64,000 nucleotides of DNA from Eledone cirrhosa (GCA_964016885.1 OZ024759.1:19778001-19842000), one strand, 5' to 3'. Positions 27,364-42,408 are shown, counted from the stretch's first letter. Numbers and translations: made by a program. Notes: a model not told the origin generated them from the letters alone.

Positions 27364-27410
27364 TCCTGAAGATTTCATCTGAATGAAACAGTACTAGTCC
27401 TGTAGAAGCT
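27360..27410 (+). ncRNA. Type I hammerhead ribozyme (family C)
   Basis: AGCTTC-CTGAAGA-tTTC atct GAAt-GAAACAG tactagtc CTGTA^GAAGCT. 6-bp stem I, 4-bp stem III with ACTAGT palindrome in the loop, GUA cleavage triplet; stem II short with U-U at its base. Confidence 0.75.
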
Positions 27411-27768
27411 CCTTCTATAAAATAAAAAAAATTTTACTCTGCCATGTATTGAGTACCTTACTTACTGTGGTTATCCCCGACTCAACCCGGGACCTACGTA
27501 TATATATATATATACACACACACACATATATATATCTTTATATGTTGTGTGTTTGGGGGGGGGGGAGATCTAGCTATATTGATGGTGGCCCTAGGTGCAT
27601 TGCCATTCTAGAGAAACAGTAAAGGACCCTACCCTTCTATAATATTATGTAATGTATATGAAGGTCTAGAAATATTGATAGTGCATCTAAGATTGTTGAG
27701 AAATAGCCAAGCATTGTAACCCTACCATAACCTTTAGTAATAATATATATATATATGGTGTCTAATGG

Positions 27769-27837
<69 letters not shown>

Positions 27838-27841
27838 GTAC

Positions 27842-27911
<70 letters not shown>

Positions 27912-27920
27912 GTATGAATA

Positions 27921-28061
27921 TAATGAAGGAAGTTTGGTAAGGAACCAGGTGGAACATAACACACCAAAGTACTCGATGCTATGGGTAGTAGAGTGGGTAA
28001 TAGGAAAAGAGTCAAGACCCCGACTGCTGAGCTCCGGCCATTTTGACAGCTATTTCTGAAT
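27921..28061. mobile_element. Family D element, older diverged copy
   Basis: Alignable to the first about 140 bp of the 234-bp unit; stops at the same position; TA flanks. Confidence 0.75.
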
Positions 28062-28077
28062 GTGTATATATATATAT

Positions 28078-28564
<487 letters not shown>

Positions 28565-28589
28565 GCCTCCATATATATATATATATATT

Positions 28590-28712
28590 TTTATCCCAGG
28601 TTCAATCGGGGGTAACCATAGTAAGTAAGGAACTCAATACATAGCAGGGTATAAATATTTAATATAGAAATGGCTTCTACAGGACTAGAACTGTTTCATT
28701 CAGAAGAAATCC
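28590..28712 (-). mobile_element. Family C element, 5'-truncated within the hammerhead core
   Basis: Minus: ..GAtttc ttct gaat GAAACAG ttctagtc CTGTA gaagc.. plus the family tail; the CTGA part is missing. Confidence 0.65.
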
Positions 28713-29750
28713 CTATGTCAGTTTGGCACCAAAGTCTGTAACTCTTCTGCTGGACTCAAGGAACACAGGAGAGTGCATAAGGAGGAAGTTACATTCAGGA
28801 CTGTCCAAGAGCCTTGTCTGTGTCACATCTGTAAAACTGTATGATAGAGCGAGGTAGGTTTGTGAAGTCATTTTCAGGCTCATGGCCGTTCAACACAACA
28901 TTGAAGAGATGGCCCTCGTATGTAAAGAAGTGTCAGTTATCATATATACATATGTATATGATAGGTGTGCATGTATATATATATATATATATAGTGAGAG
29001 AGAAAAGCTGAAGTTGGAAATAGCACGGATAATATATTTAAGGGTCTGTTTTTCTTTTTTTTTGCTTTCTTTGATTCGTCAAAGTGATATTATTGAAAAA
29101 ATGAGAGGGACAATTCTTTTAAAAAAGAGTTTTATAATATATATAAAGTATATAAAATATATAAAGTATTACCGGTTTCGATGTATTAGTAAAATTTTAA
29201 AGAAGTGAATCTTTAAATAAGCTATAAAATATATTTAATCAACAGCCACAAAATTTTGTATAAAATTATGTAATATTCATTCATTGAGGTTAACTTTGCC
29301 TTTCATCCTTACGAGGTCGATAAAATAAAGTACCAGTAATACACTGGGATAATTGCTGGCCTTGTGCCAAAAATAGAAACAATTATTTATTCAAAGTAAT
29401 CCAACTCATTTTACAAACGGGGTAAAAAAAAAATATATTCTGGATGCAGTCCCGCACTCCTTTCTTTATTATAGTTAAGATTCATCAATGGCGGTCGATT
29501 GGCAGTATCGGTAGAGGGTTGGACGCCATGCTTTGATGCATAGAGTTACGGCCCTTGTCATTCTGTGTTCAAATCCCGTCGAGGTTAACTTTGCCTTTCA
29601 TCCTTTCGGGGTGATAAAATAAAGTACCAGTAATACACTGGGTAATTTTGTGGCCTTGTGCCAAAAGTAGAAACAATTATAGTTAAGACTCATCTTATCA
29701 AACGTTGAGTATTACATTTAAAAAGAATTAATAAGAATTAAAATCTAAAA

Positions 29751-29772
29751 ATGAAAGATTTAAAATTAAGAG
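29751..29772 (+). CDS. Possible short initial exon (MKDLKLR-G)
   Basis: aaaATG context followed by AG|GTAAGT consensus donor; very short, partner exon uncertain. Confidence 0.25.
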
Positions 29773-29813
29773 GTAAGTTTTTTTCATCTTCCTTGTTGAG
29801 AAGGAGATTGGAA

Positions 29814-29845
<32 letters not shown>

Positions 29846-29934
29846 ACACACACATAGCCACCCTGAGTCATATTATATATATCAAGTACTACTTTGTGGC
29901 TTTCCCAGTCTCCATACTACCGACACTCAGTATA

Positions 29935-30034
<100 letters not shown>

Positions 30035-30072
30035 TATGTGTGTATATGTGTATATTAATATATATATATATA

Positions 30073-30117
<45 letters not shown>

Positions 30118-30474
30118 ATACATGTGTGTGTATATATATATATATATGTGTATACATGTGTGTATATAGATATGTGTGTGTGTGTGTGTGTGAATATATA
30201 TGTGTGTGTATATTTATGTGTGTGTGTGTGTATATACATGTGTGTGTGTGTGCATATACATGTGTGTGTGTGTATATATATATATATACGTGTGTGTGTG
30301 TATATATATATGTGTGTGTATATTTATATATGTGTGTGTGTGTGAATATATATATATGTGTTTGTGTATATATATATATGTGTGTATATATATATATGTG
30401 TGTGTATATATATGCATGTGTGTGTGTGTATATATATGTGTGTGCGTGTGTATATATGTGTGTGTGATTGTGTG

Positions 30475-30510
<36 letters not shown>

Positions 30511-30917
30511 AGATGATATGGAAATATTGATGGTGGCCCTAGGAACTTTACCATTCCAGACAAACAGCAAATAATGTTACTCCTCACCCTGTATCACGCC
30601 TGGATTAACCATTATGCAAAATAAACACATGTTTAGGTCATCAAAAAAAAAGGGGGCACCATTAAATTCAAACTAATTCTATTTGTCATCCCAAAAGAAC
30701 ATTTTTTCAGATTTTATATAAGGGTGCAGAGGGGGTGACTCTGTGGCAGGGGATCATCATGGTTTTTTAAGTGTTTCAGGCCTGAAAAAGACTTAAGGGA
30801 GCTCTGCCTCCTTGTATGCTAAGTTACACAATGTCTGTGTTTGGAGTATATAGAAAGATCTAGAAATGTTCATGTTTGATCTATGAACTAGTTCATATTA
30901 ACAACAAAGAACCTTAT

Positions 30918-31063
30918 CCCTAACCCTAACCCTACTCCTAACCCTAACCCTACTCCTAACCCTAACCCTACTCCTAACCCTACTCCTAACCCTAACCCTA
31001 CTCCTAACCCTACTCCTAACCCTAACCCTACTCCTAACCCTAACCCTACTCCTAACCCTAACC
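30918..31063. repeat. Interstitial telomere-like (CCCTAA)n with regular CCCTACT variants
   Basis: Direct reading; about 24 hexamers. Confidence 0.85.
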
Positions 31064-31939
31064 TTGTAACACAGCTGGGTTAACCATTAAGAAAAAAATA
31101 TGTACATATGGTGGTTGTAGTTGTGGTGGTGGTGGTTGTGGGGGTAGTTAGGATCTGGAGATGTGGCTGGTTAGGATCTTGGGGTGGGGCTGGTGGGGCC
31201 TTATTGGTAATGGTGGTGGTGGTGGGCAGGTCATGAAATACCATTACAGTGGTGGTGGTGGTGGTTGTGATGTAGTTAGTATCTGGAGATGAGAATGGTG
31301 AGGATCTTCGGGTGGGGCTGGTGTGGCTTTATTGGTAATGGGGAGGAGGGTCATGAAATACCATTATAATGATGGTGGTGAAGTAGTTATTACCTCATGT
31401 TTTATTACCTCATGTTGTTAAGAGGGAGAGGAGAAGTTAGAGCATCAAGGGAGGTTATTCAGTGTCATTGGATGAGATATATAGGAAAATCTGGAAATGT
31501 TTGTGTTCTAAAAAAAAGGTCTAAAGTCTGTCCCAAGCCCAAAAGCTCATCAGGCTGGTGCTTATCTTGGTTTCTGTGGGATTAACCCTGACCCTAACCC
31601 TTTACCATTTACATTACTCTATATGTAATATTGTATTTTCATGGTAAAGGCTTTATCTCACATAATTATCTCACATAATATCGAATCTATGAGATTTTGA
31701 TATTATTTATTTTGAGAAGAATACCTTAACATCAGTATGAGTGGCTAGTTACACCCAGTTTGAATAGAAGGAGGTGAGAGAATTTTGGCCAGATACGGCC
31801 AGTTTAAATGATAAAGGGTTAATTGAGCAACAGGAAATGAAGTGTTTTGTTCAAGAAAACAACACAACTGAGTCCAGAAATCAAACCCATGGATTTATGT
31901 TTGTAAGTCCAACATCCTTACCACTGAAGCAATGTGAAA

Positions 31940-32804
31940 TAATTGTGTACAGTGCTCAGGTGCACTACAACTCATCAAAAGTGCATGTAGAGTACACAGA
32001 ATAATATACAAATGTCGGAAAAGTGAACAGTGTATGAGTCATGATATACATGTGTGTGTGTGTATGGAGGGGGGACATCAGGTGTAGTGTTGGCGAATTT
32101 CAGGAAGCATGGAGGTTTTAAAGGATGCAGTGTCTCGGCAGCTAACAACTGATGCAGGTAGTTTGTTCCATGGAGGTTTTAAAGGATGCAGTGTCTCGAC
32201 AGCTAAAAACTGATGCAGGTAGTTTGTTCCATGGAGGTTTTAAAGGATGCAGTGTCTCGACAGCTAAAAACTGATGCAGGTAGTTTGTTCCATGGAGGTT
32301 TTAAAGGATGCAGTGTCTTGGCAGCTAATATCTGGTGCAGGTAGTTTGTTCCATGGAGGTTTGAAAGGATGCAGTGTCTCGACAGCTAACAACTGATGCA
32401 GGTAGTTTGTTCCATGGAGGTTTTAAAGGATGCAGTGTCTCGACAGCTAACAACTGATGCAAGTAGTTTGTTCCATGGAGGTTTTAAAGGATGCAGTGTC
32501 TCGACAGGTAACAACTGATGCAGGTAGTTTGTTCCATGGAGGTTTTAAAGGATGCAGTGTCTCGACAGCTAACAACTGATGCAGGTAGTTTGTTCCATGG
32601 AGGTTTTAAAGGATGCAGTGTCTCGACAGCTAAAAACTGATGCAGATAGTTTGTTCCATGGAGGTTTGAAAGGATGCAGTGTCTCGACAGCTAACAACTG
32701 ATGCAGGTAGTTTGTTCCATGGAGGTTTGAAAGGATGCAGTGTCTCGACAGCTAACAACTGATGCAAGTAGTTTGTTCCATGCTTCAGCAACTCTGAGCG
32801 TGAA
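31940..32804 (-). repeat. CR1 3' end with a 61-bp segment amplified 11 times
   Basis: Units at 32111 with period 61 to 32781; reverse complement of about 12101-12165; CATG at the unit boundaries. Confidence 0.92.
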
Positions 32805-33009
32805 GTGTTTTACTCAAGATCACAACATAGAACTGAGTCCAGGAATTGAACCCACAACATTGTGATCACAAGTCCAACACACTTACCACTAGGCCATGCA
32901 CCACCATGTTTGTGTTGGATCTTGGAATTTTACTGATTAAAACAAACACCATGTAATCCAAAGGGGAAAAAAATGAAAACACTGCCACCACCACCATCAA
33001 CAACAACAA

Positions 33010-33212
33010 CAAATTGTTGGATCAGGTTATGAAGATCACAGAAAGTGAGATAACACAATTGATTAAGGACAGAATTAATTTTGATGAGATGCAGTTTGGC
33101 TTTCTGCCAGATAGAAAACACTATGGATGCCATCTCTCTAGTGAGACAAGAGAAGTACTTAGCCAAGAGTAAGCTCCTATGCTTAATGTTTGTTGATATG
33201 GGAAAATCCTTT
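33010..33212 (+). pseudogene. Decayed RTE RT remnant
   Basis: KLLDQVMKITE..LIKDRINFDEMQFGFLP; homologous to 11150-11290. Confidence 0.7.
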
Positions 33213-33699
33213 AAATCTGAACATCCTGCAATGAGACATTAGAAAATATCTAAGAAGAGGTTTGTTAATTCTAATGTTTACAGTATCTTTACTTGTAGAC
33301 AGATGGATGGGGATTTCTAATGTTAAATACCTTAACTTTTAATGTGATGTAATCATATTGGTGTTTTAGTCTTTTCAAGAATGTTTTGTTAATGTTGTTT
33401 CACATCGTTTGTTAATTTAAATGTTTATAGTATCTTTACTAGTGGACAGATCTTTGTGGAAATTTTCCATATATTCAATGTGATGTAGTCATAGTGCTGT
33501 TTTGTACTTTTTAAGAATGTCTTGTTAATGCAGTTTCATGAGGTACAGGATGTTAAGGTTTAACAAAACCCCATTTTTCTATAATCTGGGTATTGTTTAG
33601 GAAGATTTGGTCAATAAAATAAAGTTCCAGTCAAGCAATGAGGTAGATCCAATCCACTACAACCAAATTTCTGATCTCATGCAATTAGAAACCATTATT

Positions 33700-33893
33700 G
33701 CGGTGGATTGGCAGTATCGGTAGAGGGTCGGACGCCATGCTTTGACGCATAGAGTTACGGCCCTTGCCATTCTGAGTTCAAATCCCGCCGAGGTTAACTT
33801 TGCCTTTCATCCTTACGGGGTCGATAAAATAAAGTACCAGTAATACACTGGGTGTAATTGCTGGCCTTGTGCCAAAAGTAGAAACAATTATTA
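33700..33893 (+). mobile_element. tRNA-derived SINE family 2, representative full copy (central domain resembles Meta/MESC-type SINEs)
   Basis: A-box tggcagtatcgg, B-box gagttcaaatcc, gcctttcatccttacggggtcgataaaataaagtaccag. Further copies near 407, 1470, 10225, 23585, 29285, 29490, 33925, 44515, 45640, 62175. Confidence 0.82.
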
Positions 33894-34974
33894 TTGTTGC
33901 TGTTGTTGGTGATGTTGGTAGGGTAGGGGATTGGCAGAATCGGTAGAGTGTCGGACAACATGCTTTGTGACATATAGTTACGTTCCTTTATGTTCTGAGT
34001 TCAAATCCCGCTGAAGTTAACTTTGCCTTTCATCCTTACAGGGTCGATAAAATAAAGTACCAGTCATGCACTTGGGTCGATTTAATTGACTTTCGCCTCC
34101 CTCCAAATTGCTGGCCTTGTGACTAAATCTGAAACCATTATTATTGTCATTTATTACATATTATTCATAATAATATTTTTGATATTTTTAGGTTTTTCTC
34201 AAGGTTGCCTCTCATTAAAAAACAAAAAAGGATATTTTATTTTTTGCAACATCTTGGAGCAAAATTCTTGCCAATTAGATTTCCAGAGCCAATGTTTAGA
34301 GTGCAAAGTGGGAGATAAAAAAAAAGTTCATCCTTCCCTCTCCCCTTCACTGTTACCATTTCTACCACTGCTACCACTGCTACCACCATCACCACCACAA
34401 TCACTGCAACACCACTGCCACCACCACCACCACCACCACTACCACTTCTACCACCATCACCACCACCACTACTACAATCACAACAACAATACCCCTGCTA
34501 ACACCACCACAATCACAGCAACATCACCACCACCACACCACCACCACCACCACCACAATCACTGCAACACCACTACCATGAACACCACTACCACCACCAC
34601 CACCACAATCACTGCAACACCACTACAATAACCACAACACCACCACCACCAACACCACCAACATCACCACAACCACCACCACACCACCACCACAACCACC
34701 AACGCCACCACCACACCACTACCACACCACTACCGTCACCACCACCAACGCCACCACCACACCACCACCACCACCACAAACGCCACCACCACCACCACCA
34801 CCACCACCACCACCACCACCACCACCACCACCACCACCACCACCACCACCATGTTGACTAATTCACCTCTCCCCATACACCCCCCTCACCATTCTACTAC
34901 CAGTCGCTACTCGTACAAACCCAAAATAAGTCATCATCATCATTGTAACATCGCTTTTCCATGCTCGCATGAGG

Positions 34975-35033
<59 letters not shown>

Positions 35034-35339
35034 CATCATCATCACCATCACCACCATCATCATTTAACGTCCATTTTTTTCCATGCTAGCATAGGTTAGA
35101 TATAAATATATGTACATGTGTGTTGGAGTGTGTGTGTGTATATATATATACACACACACACATGTATGTATAAATGTGTGTATATATATATATATACACA
35201 CACACACATATATGTATAAATGTGTGTGAATGTATGTATATACATATTTGTGTGTGTGTATGCATATATGTGTGTGTGAATTGTGTGTTTGTATGTGTAT
35301 ATATATATATATATTGTGTGTGAATGGGTGTATATACAT

Positions 35340-35371
<32 letters not shown>

Positions 35372-36732
35372 GCATATATGAGTGTGTGAATTGTGTTTCT
35401 GTGTGTATGTATATATAGTGTATATATATATATATATTGTATGTGAATGTGTGTGTATGTATATATAGTGTCTGTATATATATAGCAACAACAACAACAA
35501 CAAAGAATAGTGGAAGACTGGATTTCTCTTGGAGTGGGAGATGGGAGTGGTGGTGTAGTAGTGGTTTGGTGGTGGTGGTGTTGGTAGTGGTGGTGGTGGT
35601 GGTGGTTGTTGTGGTGGTGGGGGTGTTGATGGTGGTAGTTATGGTACTGGTGGTGGTGTTGTGGTTTGTGGTGGTAGTGGTGTTGTTAGTGGTGTGGTGG
35701 TGGTGGTGTTGTTAGTGGTGTGATGGTGGTGGTGTTGGTGGTGGTGGTGTTGTTAGTGGTGTGGTGGTGGTGGTGTTGGTGGTGGTGGTGTTGTTAGTGG
35801 TGTGGTGGTAGTGGTGTTGGTGGTGGTGGTGGTGGTTGTTGTGGTGATGGTGGTGTTGGTAATGGTGGTAGTGGTGGTGGTTGTTGTTGGTGTGGTTGTG
35901 ATGGTGGTGTAGTGGTGTTGGTAGTGGTGGTGTGGTGTTGGTTGTTGTGGTGGTGGTGGTGGTGTTGGTAATGGTGGTAGTGGTGGTGGTTGTTGTTGGT
36001 GGTGTGGTTGTGATGGTGGTGTAGTGGTGTTGGTAGTGGTGGTGGTGGTGTTGGTTGTTGTTGTGGTGGTGGTGTTGGTAATGGTGGTAGTGGTGGTGGT
36101 TGTTGTTGGTGGTGTGGTTGTGATGGTGGTGTAGTGGTGTTGGGAGTGGTGGTGCTGGTGTTGGTAATGGTGGTAGTGGTGGTGGTGGTGGTGGTGTTGT
36201 TGGTGGTGTGGTTGTGATGGTGGTATAGTGGTGTTGGGAGTGGGGGGGGTGTTGTGTTGGTGATTGCGAAGTAGTTAGGATCTTGGTGTGGAAGGGAGGC
36301 GGGGCGGAGGTCTGTTGGTGGTGTGGGGTGGGTGTGTGGTCATGAGATAACATTATTACCTCATGTTTAGGGGGAGAGGTGAAATATATATATATATATA
36401 TATAGAGAGAGAGGGGGGGGGGAGGTGTGATGGCATGTCAAGTGTTCATGGGGTGTGATGGTGGAGTGTTGGAGAGGGTGGGAGGGTGTGTCGGAGGTGA
36501 TGTAAGTTCCAGTTAGGGTGGGAAGGTTCTGTATATTTCTGTACTTCTGGAAGGGTGTGTTTAAGATTACTCATAGTAGTGGTGGTGGTGGTGGTGGTGG
36601 TCTAGCTGGTGTAGGTGGTAGTGGTGGTGTAGGTGGTGGTGGTGTTTATCTGCACACATGGAAAAGCGGACATAAAATGATGTATATATATACACCATAT
36701 ATATATATATATACACAGCCACACACATATAA

Positions 36733-36775
<43 letters not shown>

Positions 36776-37483
36776 AACATATATATATACACACACAAAT
36801 ATATATATAGATATACACACACACATATATATATATATATACACATGCACATTTATATGCATATACACAATTATATATCTATAATATATCTATAATACAC
36901 ACACACATATATATATATACACATATATGTATATACACACGCATATATATATACACATATACATATGTAAACACACATATATGTATATGCACACACACAT
37001 ATATATACAAACACATGCAAATATACATGCATATTTATATGCATACGAACACATATACACACATAATATATATGTATATACACACATATATATATACACA
37101 CACACACATATATATACACACACATGTACACAAATATACATGCACATCTATATTCATGCAAACATACATACACACAGATATATATATCTATATATACCAA
37201 CATATATATGTATATACACAAACATATACATATGTATATACACAAACATATATACTCACACATGCACACACATATATATATGTATATACACACAGATATA
37301 TATATGTAGATACACCAACATATATACTCACACATACACATATATATATATATATGTATATACACCAACATATATACACACCGATATATATATGTATATA
37401 CACCAACATATATACTCACACATACACATATATATATATATACACAAACATATATATATATACAGATATATATATGTATATAC

Positions 37484-37520
<37 letters not shown>

Positions 37521-39206
37521 TATATATATATATATATATATACAGATATATATATGTATATAGACAAATATATATATATACAGATATATATGTATATACA
37601 CCAACATATATACTCACACATACACATATATATATATATGTATATACACAAACATATATATACAGACATATATATGTATATACACAAATATATGTATATA
37701 TACACACAGATATACAGCAACATATATACTCGTGCTTATTTTTAGACTCTGATCAAACAAGCTGCACCTGACACACCAAAGTTAGGAAATAATTCGTTTG
37801 GCTGATATCCTGAATATAGATTGGGTATTGATGACAACAACAACAACAGCAGCAGCATTAACAGGAACAACAACAACAACAACAACAACGGGAACAACAA
37901 CAACAGGAACAACAACAACAACAGGAACAACAACAACAACAGAAACAATAACAACAACAATAACAACAACAACAACAATAGGAACTGCAACAACAATAAC
38001 AACAACAACAACAGGAACTGCAACAACAACAACAACAGTAACATCAACAGGAACAGCAACATAAACAATAAAAACAACAGCAGCAACATTAACAACAACA
38101 ACAACAACAGTAGTAACACCACCACCAACATCATCACCATCATCAACACCACCATCACCACCAACACCATCAACACGACTACCAACACCATCACCACCAT
38201 CATAACCAACATCACTACCACCAACAACACTACCATCACCATCACCACTACCAACACCATCACCACCACCATAACCAACATCACCACCACCATAACCAAC
38301 ATCACCACCACCATAACCAACATAATCACCATCATCACCACCAACATCATCACCACTATCACCAACACCATACTAACACCACCACCGACACCACCATCAC
38401 CACCACCAACACCACCATCGCCAGCATCGCCACCACCATAACCAATATCACCACCACCACCATCACCACCAACACCAACATCACCATCACCACCACCATC
38501 AACAACCAACACCACCATCACCATAACCAATATCACCACCATCACCATAACCAATATCACCACCACCACCATCACCATAACCAATATCACCACCACCACC
38601 ATCACCACCACCAATATCACCACCACCACCACCACCACCAATATCACCACCACGACCATCACCATAACCAATATCACCACCACCACCACCATCACCATAA
38701 CCAATATCACCACCACCACCACCATCACCATAACCAATATCACCACCACCACCACCACCATCGCCAGCATCGCCACCACCATAACCAATATCACCACCAC
38801 CACCATCACCACCAACACCAACATCACCATCACCACCACCACCACCACCACCATCACCATAACCAATATCACCACCACCACCATCACCATAACCAATATC
38901 ACCACCACCACCACCACCAATATCACCACCACCACCACCACCATCACCATAACCAATATCACCACCACCACCACCACCAATATCACCACCACCACCACCA
39001 CCACCAATATCACCACCACCACCACCACCAATATCACCACCACCACCACCACCACCAATATCACCACCACCACCACCACCAATATCACCACCACCACCAC
39101 CACCACCAATATCACCACCACCACCATCACCATAACCAATATCACCACCACCATCACCACCACCACCACCACCATCATCACCACAACAACACATGCAACG
39201 AAAGTG

Positions 39207-39239
<33 letters not shown>

Positions 39240-40143
39240 CATGCAACAACAATACATGCAACTGCAGTACTGGCTGACTGAGCAACAGCAGTGCTGTTAT
39301 TGCAGCTGCAGTCACGACCAAAATAGCTGCATCAGCAGAAATATCTTGCACAATGAAACAACAACAGCAGTGTCAATAACAATGACAGCAACAATGTCAA
39401 CAACAATGTCAGTAGCAACAACAACAACGACAGCAACAATAACAACAACAACAGCAGGGACAACAACAATAACAACAATAACAACAAACAACAACAACAA
39501 CACGACAATAACAATAAGAGCAGTGATAACAACAACAACAACAACAACGACAATAACAATAAGAGCAGTGATAACAACAACACAACAACAATGACAATAA
39601 CAATAAGAGCAGTGATAACAACAACAACAATACAACAACAATGACAATAACAATAAGAGCAGTGATAACAACAACAACAACACAACAACAACAAGGACAA
39701 TAACAATAAGAGCAGTGATTGAATTTACTTGATCCTATAAAATTCAGTTCTTATATTTTCAAATCTGGTATGGTGTCTACTTTATCAATCTTATTTTGTT
39801 GAACTGCTAAGTTATCAGGCATAAACATAATCACAAATGTAAACACAGATATAGGCAAACACACAGACACACACACACACACACTCACACACATACACAT
39901 ATATCATCATCATCGTTTAATGACCATCTTCCATGCTAGCATGGGTTAGACATGGTTTGTCTCATTTAGAGGCAAGTTGGGTCCTGTGACCGTGTCTCTC
40001 GCTCATATAGGGATGTTTCTGGCTGGTTTTCTACGGCTGGATGCCCTTCCTAACGCCAACCACATTTACAGTGAGTGCTGGGTGCTTTTTTTCATGACAC
40101 CTACACGACCACTTTACAGTGGATGTTTTGTGGTACCAGCATA

Positions 40144-40170
<27 letters not shown>

Positions 40171-40174
<4 letters not shown>

Positions 40175-40345
40175 ATATTAATAAATGGAAACTATATTTA
40201 TAAAATCATAATTATTTTATTATATATATTTCAAGGGCAACCAAGGCAATTTTGGTGCGCTTTCATCAGATAAAATACAAAATATGTTTTATAAATGTTG
40301 ACATACCCGTAGAAAAACAACCTTGACGGTTGAAGGTTCTTCTGC
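40171..40345 (-). mobile_element. Short hammerhead-bearing element, family B, copy 1
   Basis: Flanked by (TA)n on both sides; same terminus (caatatatta) as the copy at 53601. Confidence 0.7.
40213..40277 (-). ncRNA. Type I hammerhead ribozyme (family B)
   Basis: Minus: TATTTTAT-CTGATGA-AAGcGCACCAA aattgcc TTGGtTGCcCTT-GAAA-TATATA-TA^ATAAAATA. Confidence 0.85.
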
Positions 40346-40789
40346 ATATATATATATATATATACACACACACATATATTCATATATATATACACACACA
40401 CACATAAATATTCATATATATATTCATATATATATATTTATATATATATATACACACATACATATATCATCATCATCATCATTTAACCCTTTAATGTTAA
40501 AACCGGCCAGAAAACTCTACCTTTTTCTATTAAAACTGGCTGTAACTGGTCACTCAAACTGATGTTATACTTTCAAAATCTCATAAATTCGATATTATAT
40601 GAGATAATTATACGAGGTAAAGCCTTTACCAGGAAAATATAATAGTATATATAGAGTAATGTGAATGCTAAAGGGTTAACATCTATTTTTCTGCAGTTGT
40701 ATGGGTTAGATAGGTTGTCACATTATGAGACAAGCCACGTCCAGAGACCACATCATGATTATACAACAAATCTGTATTTTGGCTTGGTT

Positions 40790-41132
40790 TCATCATCATC
40801 ATCATTTCATTTTACGTCCGCTTTTCCCTGCTTGCAAGGGTGGGATGGGAACTGATTCTGGCTTGATTTCTACAGCTGGATGCCCTTCCTAACACCAACC
40901 TCATTTACAGTGAGTGCTGGGTGCTTTTTTGCCGTGGCACCGGCACGACCACTTTGCAGTGGAATAATAGGGACCCCAGTCCCTATCATCTCATTTCTAC
41001 AGCTGAGTAAACTGGAGCAATGTGAAATAAAGTGTCTTGCTCAAGGAAACAACACATCACCCGGTCTGAGAATTGAACTCACAACCTTTCGATTGCAAGG
41101 CCAATGCTCTAACCACTAAGCCATGTGCCTCC
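40790..41132 (-). mobile_element. SINE family 1, full length
   Basis: Same head, body and tail as the other copies. Confidence 0.88.
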
Positions 41133-41580
41133 ATGTATATATACATATGTATATATACATACAAAAAAAATAGTACAATTTCCAATCTTCAGCCATCGAT
41201 TTTGAGCAGGAATGTCCAAGAATACCACAGATACTAAAGGAAATAAGCTCTATTAGTTATTAGGTTGTTCCGAAAAAATGGCTGATTTCAGAAACATAAT
41301 TTTATTCTGGAAAAATTAACAACAGAAATGTTTTGATTAGTGAAAGTATGAGCCGTGAACATCTATACATCTCTGTCTATTGACTAATCGGTCAAGAAAA
41401 AGATCATTGGTGTTTCGCAGAAAGAGCATACACCCACATAGACCCCCCACCCCCACACACACCTATACATACACACCTTCACAAACACACACATGCGCAA
41501 ACCACATACACACACACACCACATGTGCAGACCACACAAACACAAGCACACACACAAACACATACACACACATATATACT

Positions 41581-41614
<34 letters not shown>

Positions 41615-42254
41615 TACAAGCAAACACAAACACACATACACACACACATACACACCCACATACACACCTTTACAAACACACACATGAGCAGACCACATAC
41701 ACACATACCATATCCAATCACACAATGACAAGATTGAATAAACAGAACAAGATGATATCAAAAAGGAGACAGGAAGGAGTCAGCATAGTAATTGAGAAGG
41801 TCACAGGGTGTGATGAAAGAACTTAAAGATGGTTAACTATGTCAACTAAATAACCATCTGGTTACTAAACTAACCAAGAATGGATTAGTTACCAAACTAA
41901 TAATATAAACTGACATGAAACCTCAACCGATGTAAGTGTTTTTATTGGCAACATGACTCCCATTATGTATAAGAATATCTGTTTCAACATGTGAATTTAC
42001 ATCAAGTATTTTGAAAAGGAAAATACGAAAATAAAGTATATACACACACACACATACATACATATATACATACATATATACATACACATTATATAAACAC
42101 GCACACATATGTATCTATATATATATATAGAAACACACACACACAGATATATATTTATATATATATAAATATATATATACATCCATACACACATGTATAT
42201 ATATATATACATATATATACATACATACACACATGTATATATGTATATGCACAA

Positions 42255-42288
<34 letters not shown>

Positions 42289-42377
42289 GCACAAACATAT
42301 ATATTTATATATATAAATATATATATATACACACACATACACACATATATATATATTTTATTTATACAAATTCATGC

Positions 42378-42408
<31 letters not shown>

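Larger units (their letters stand above)
27292..27498 (+). mobile_element. Hammerhead-bearing element, family C, with perfect 5' inverted duplication
   Basis: 140-bp spacerless palindrome 27292-27431, then AATAAA and a tail shared with copies at 28590-28712 and 54298-54410; flanked by (TA)n. Confidence 0.75.

Noticed and set aside
28715-28900. Apparent C2H2 zinc-finger exon (CQFGTKVCNSSAGLKEHRRVH..CHICK)
   Set aside because: In-frame stops; matches the zinc-finger tail pattern of RTE-type elements.
33700-33795. tRNA genes
   Set aside because: A/B boxes belong to SINE heads; no cloverleaf with an acceptor stem, and they are followed by SINE body.
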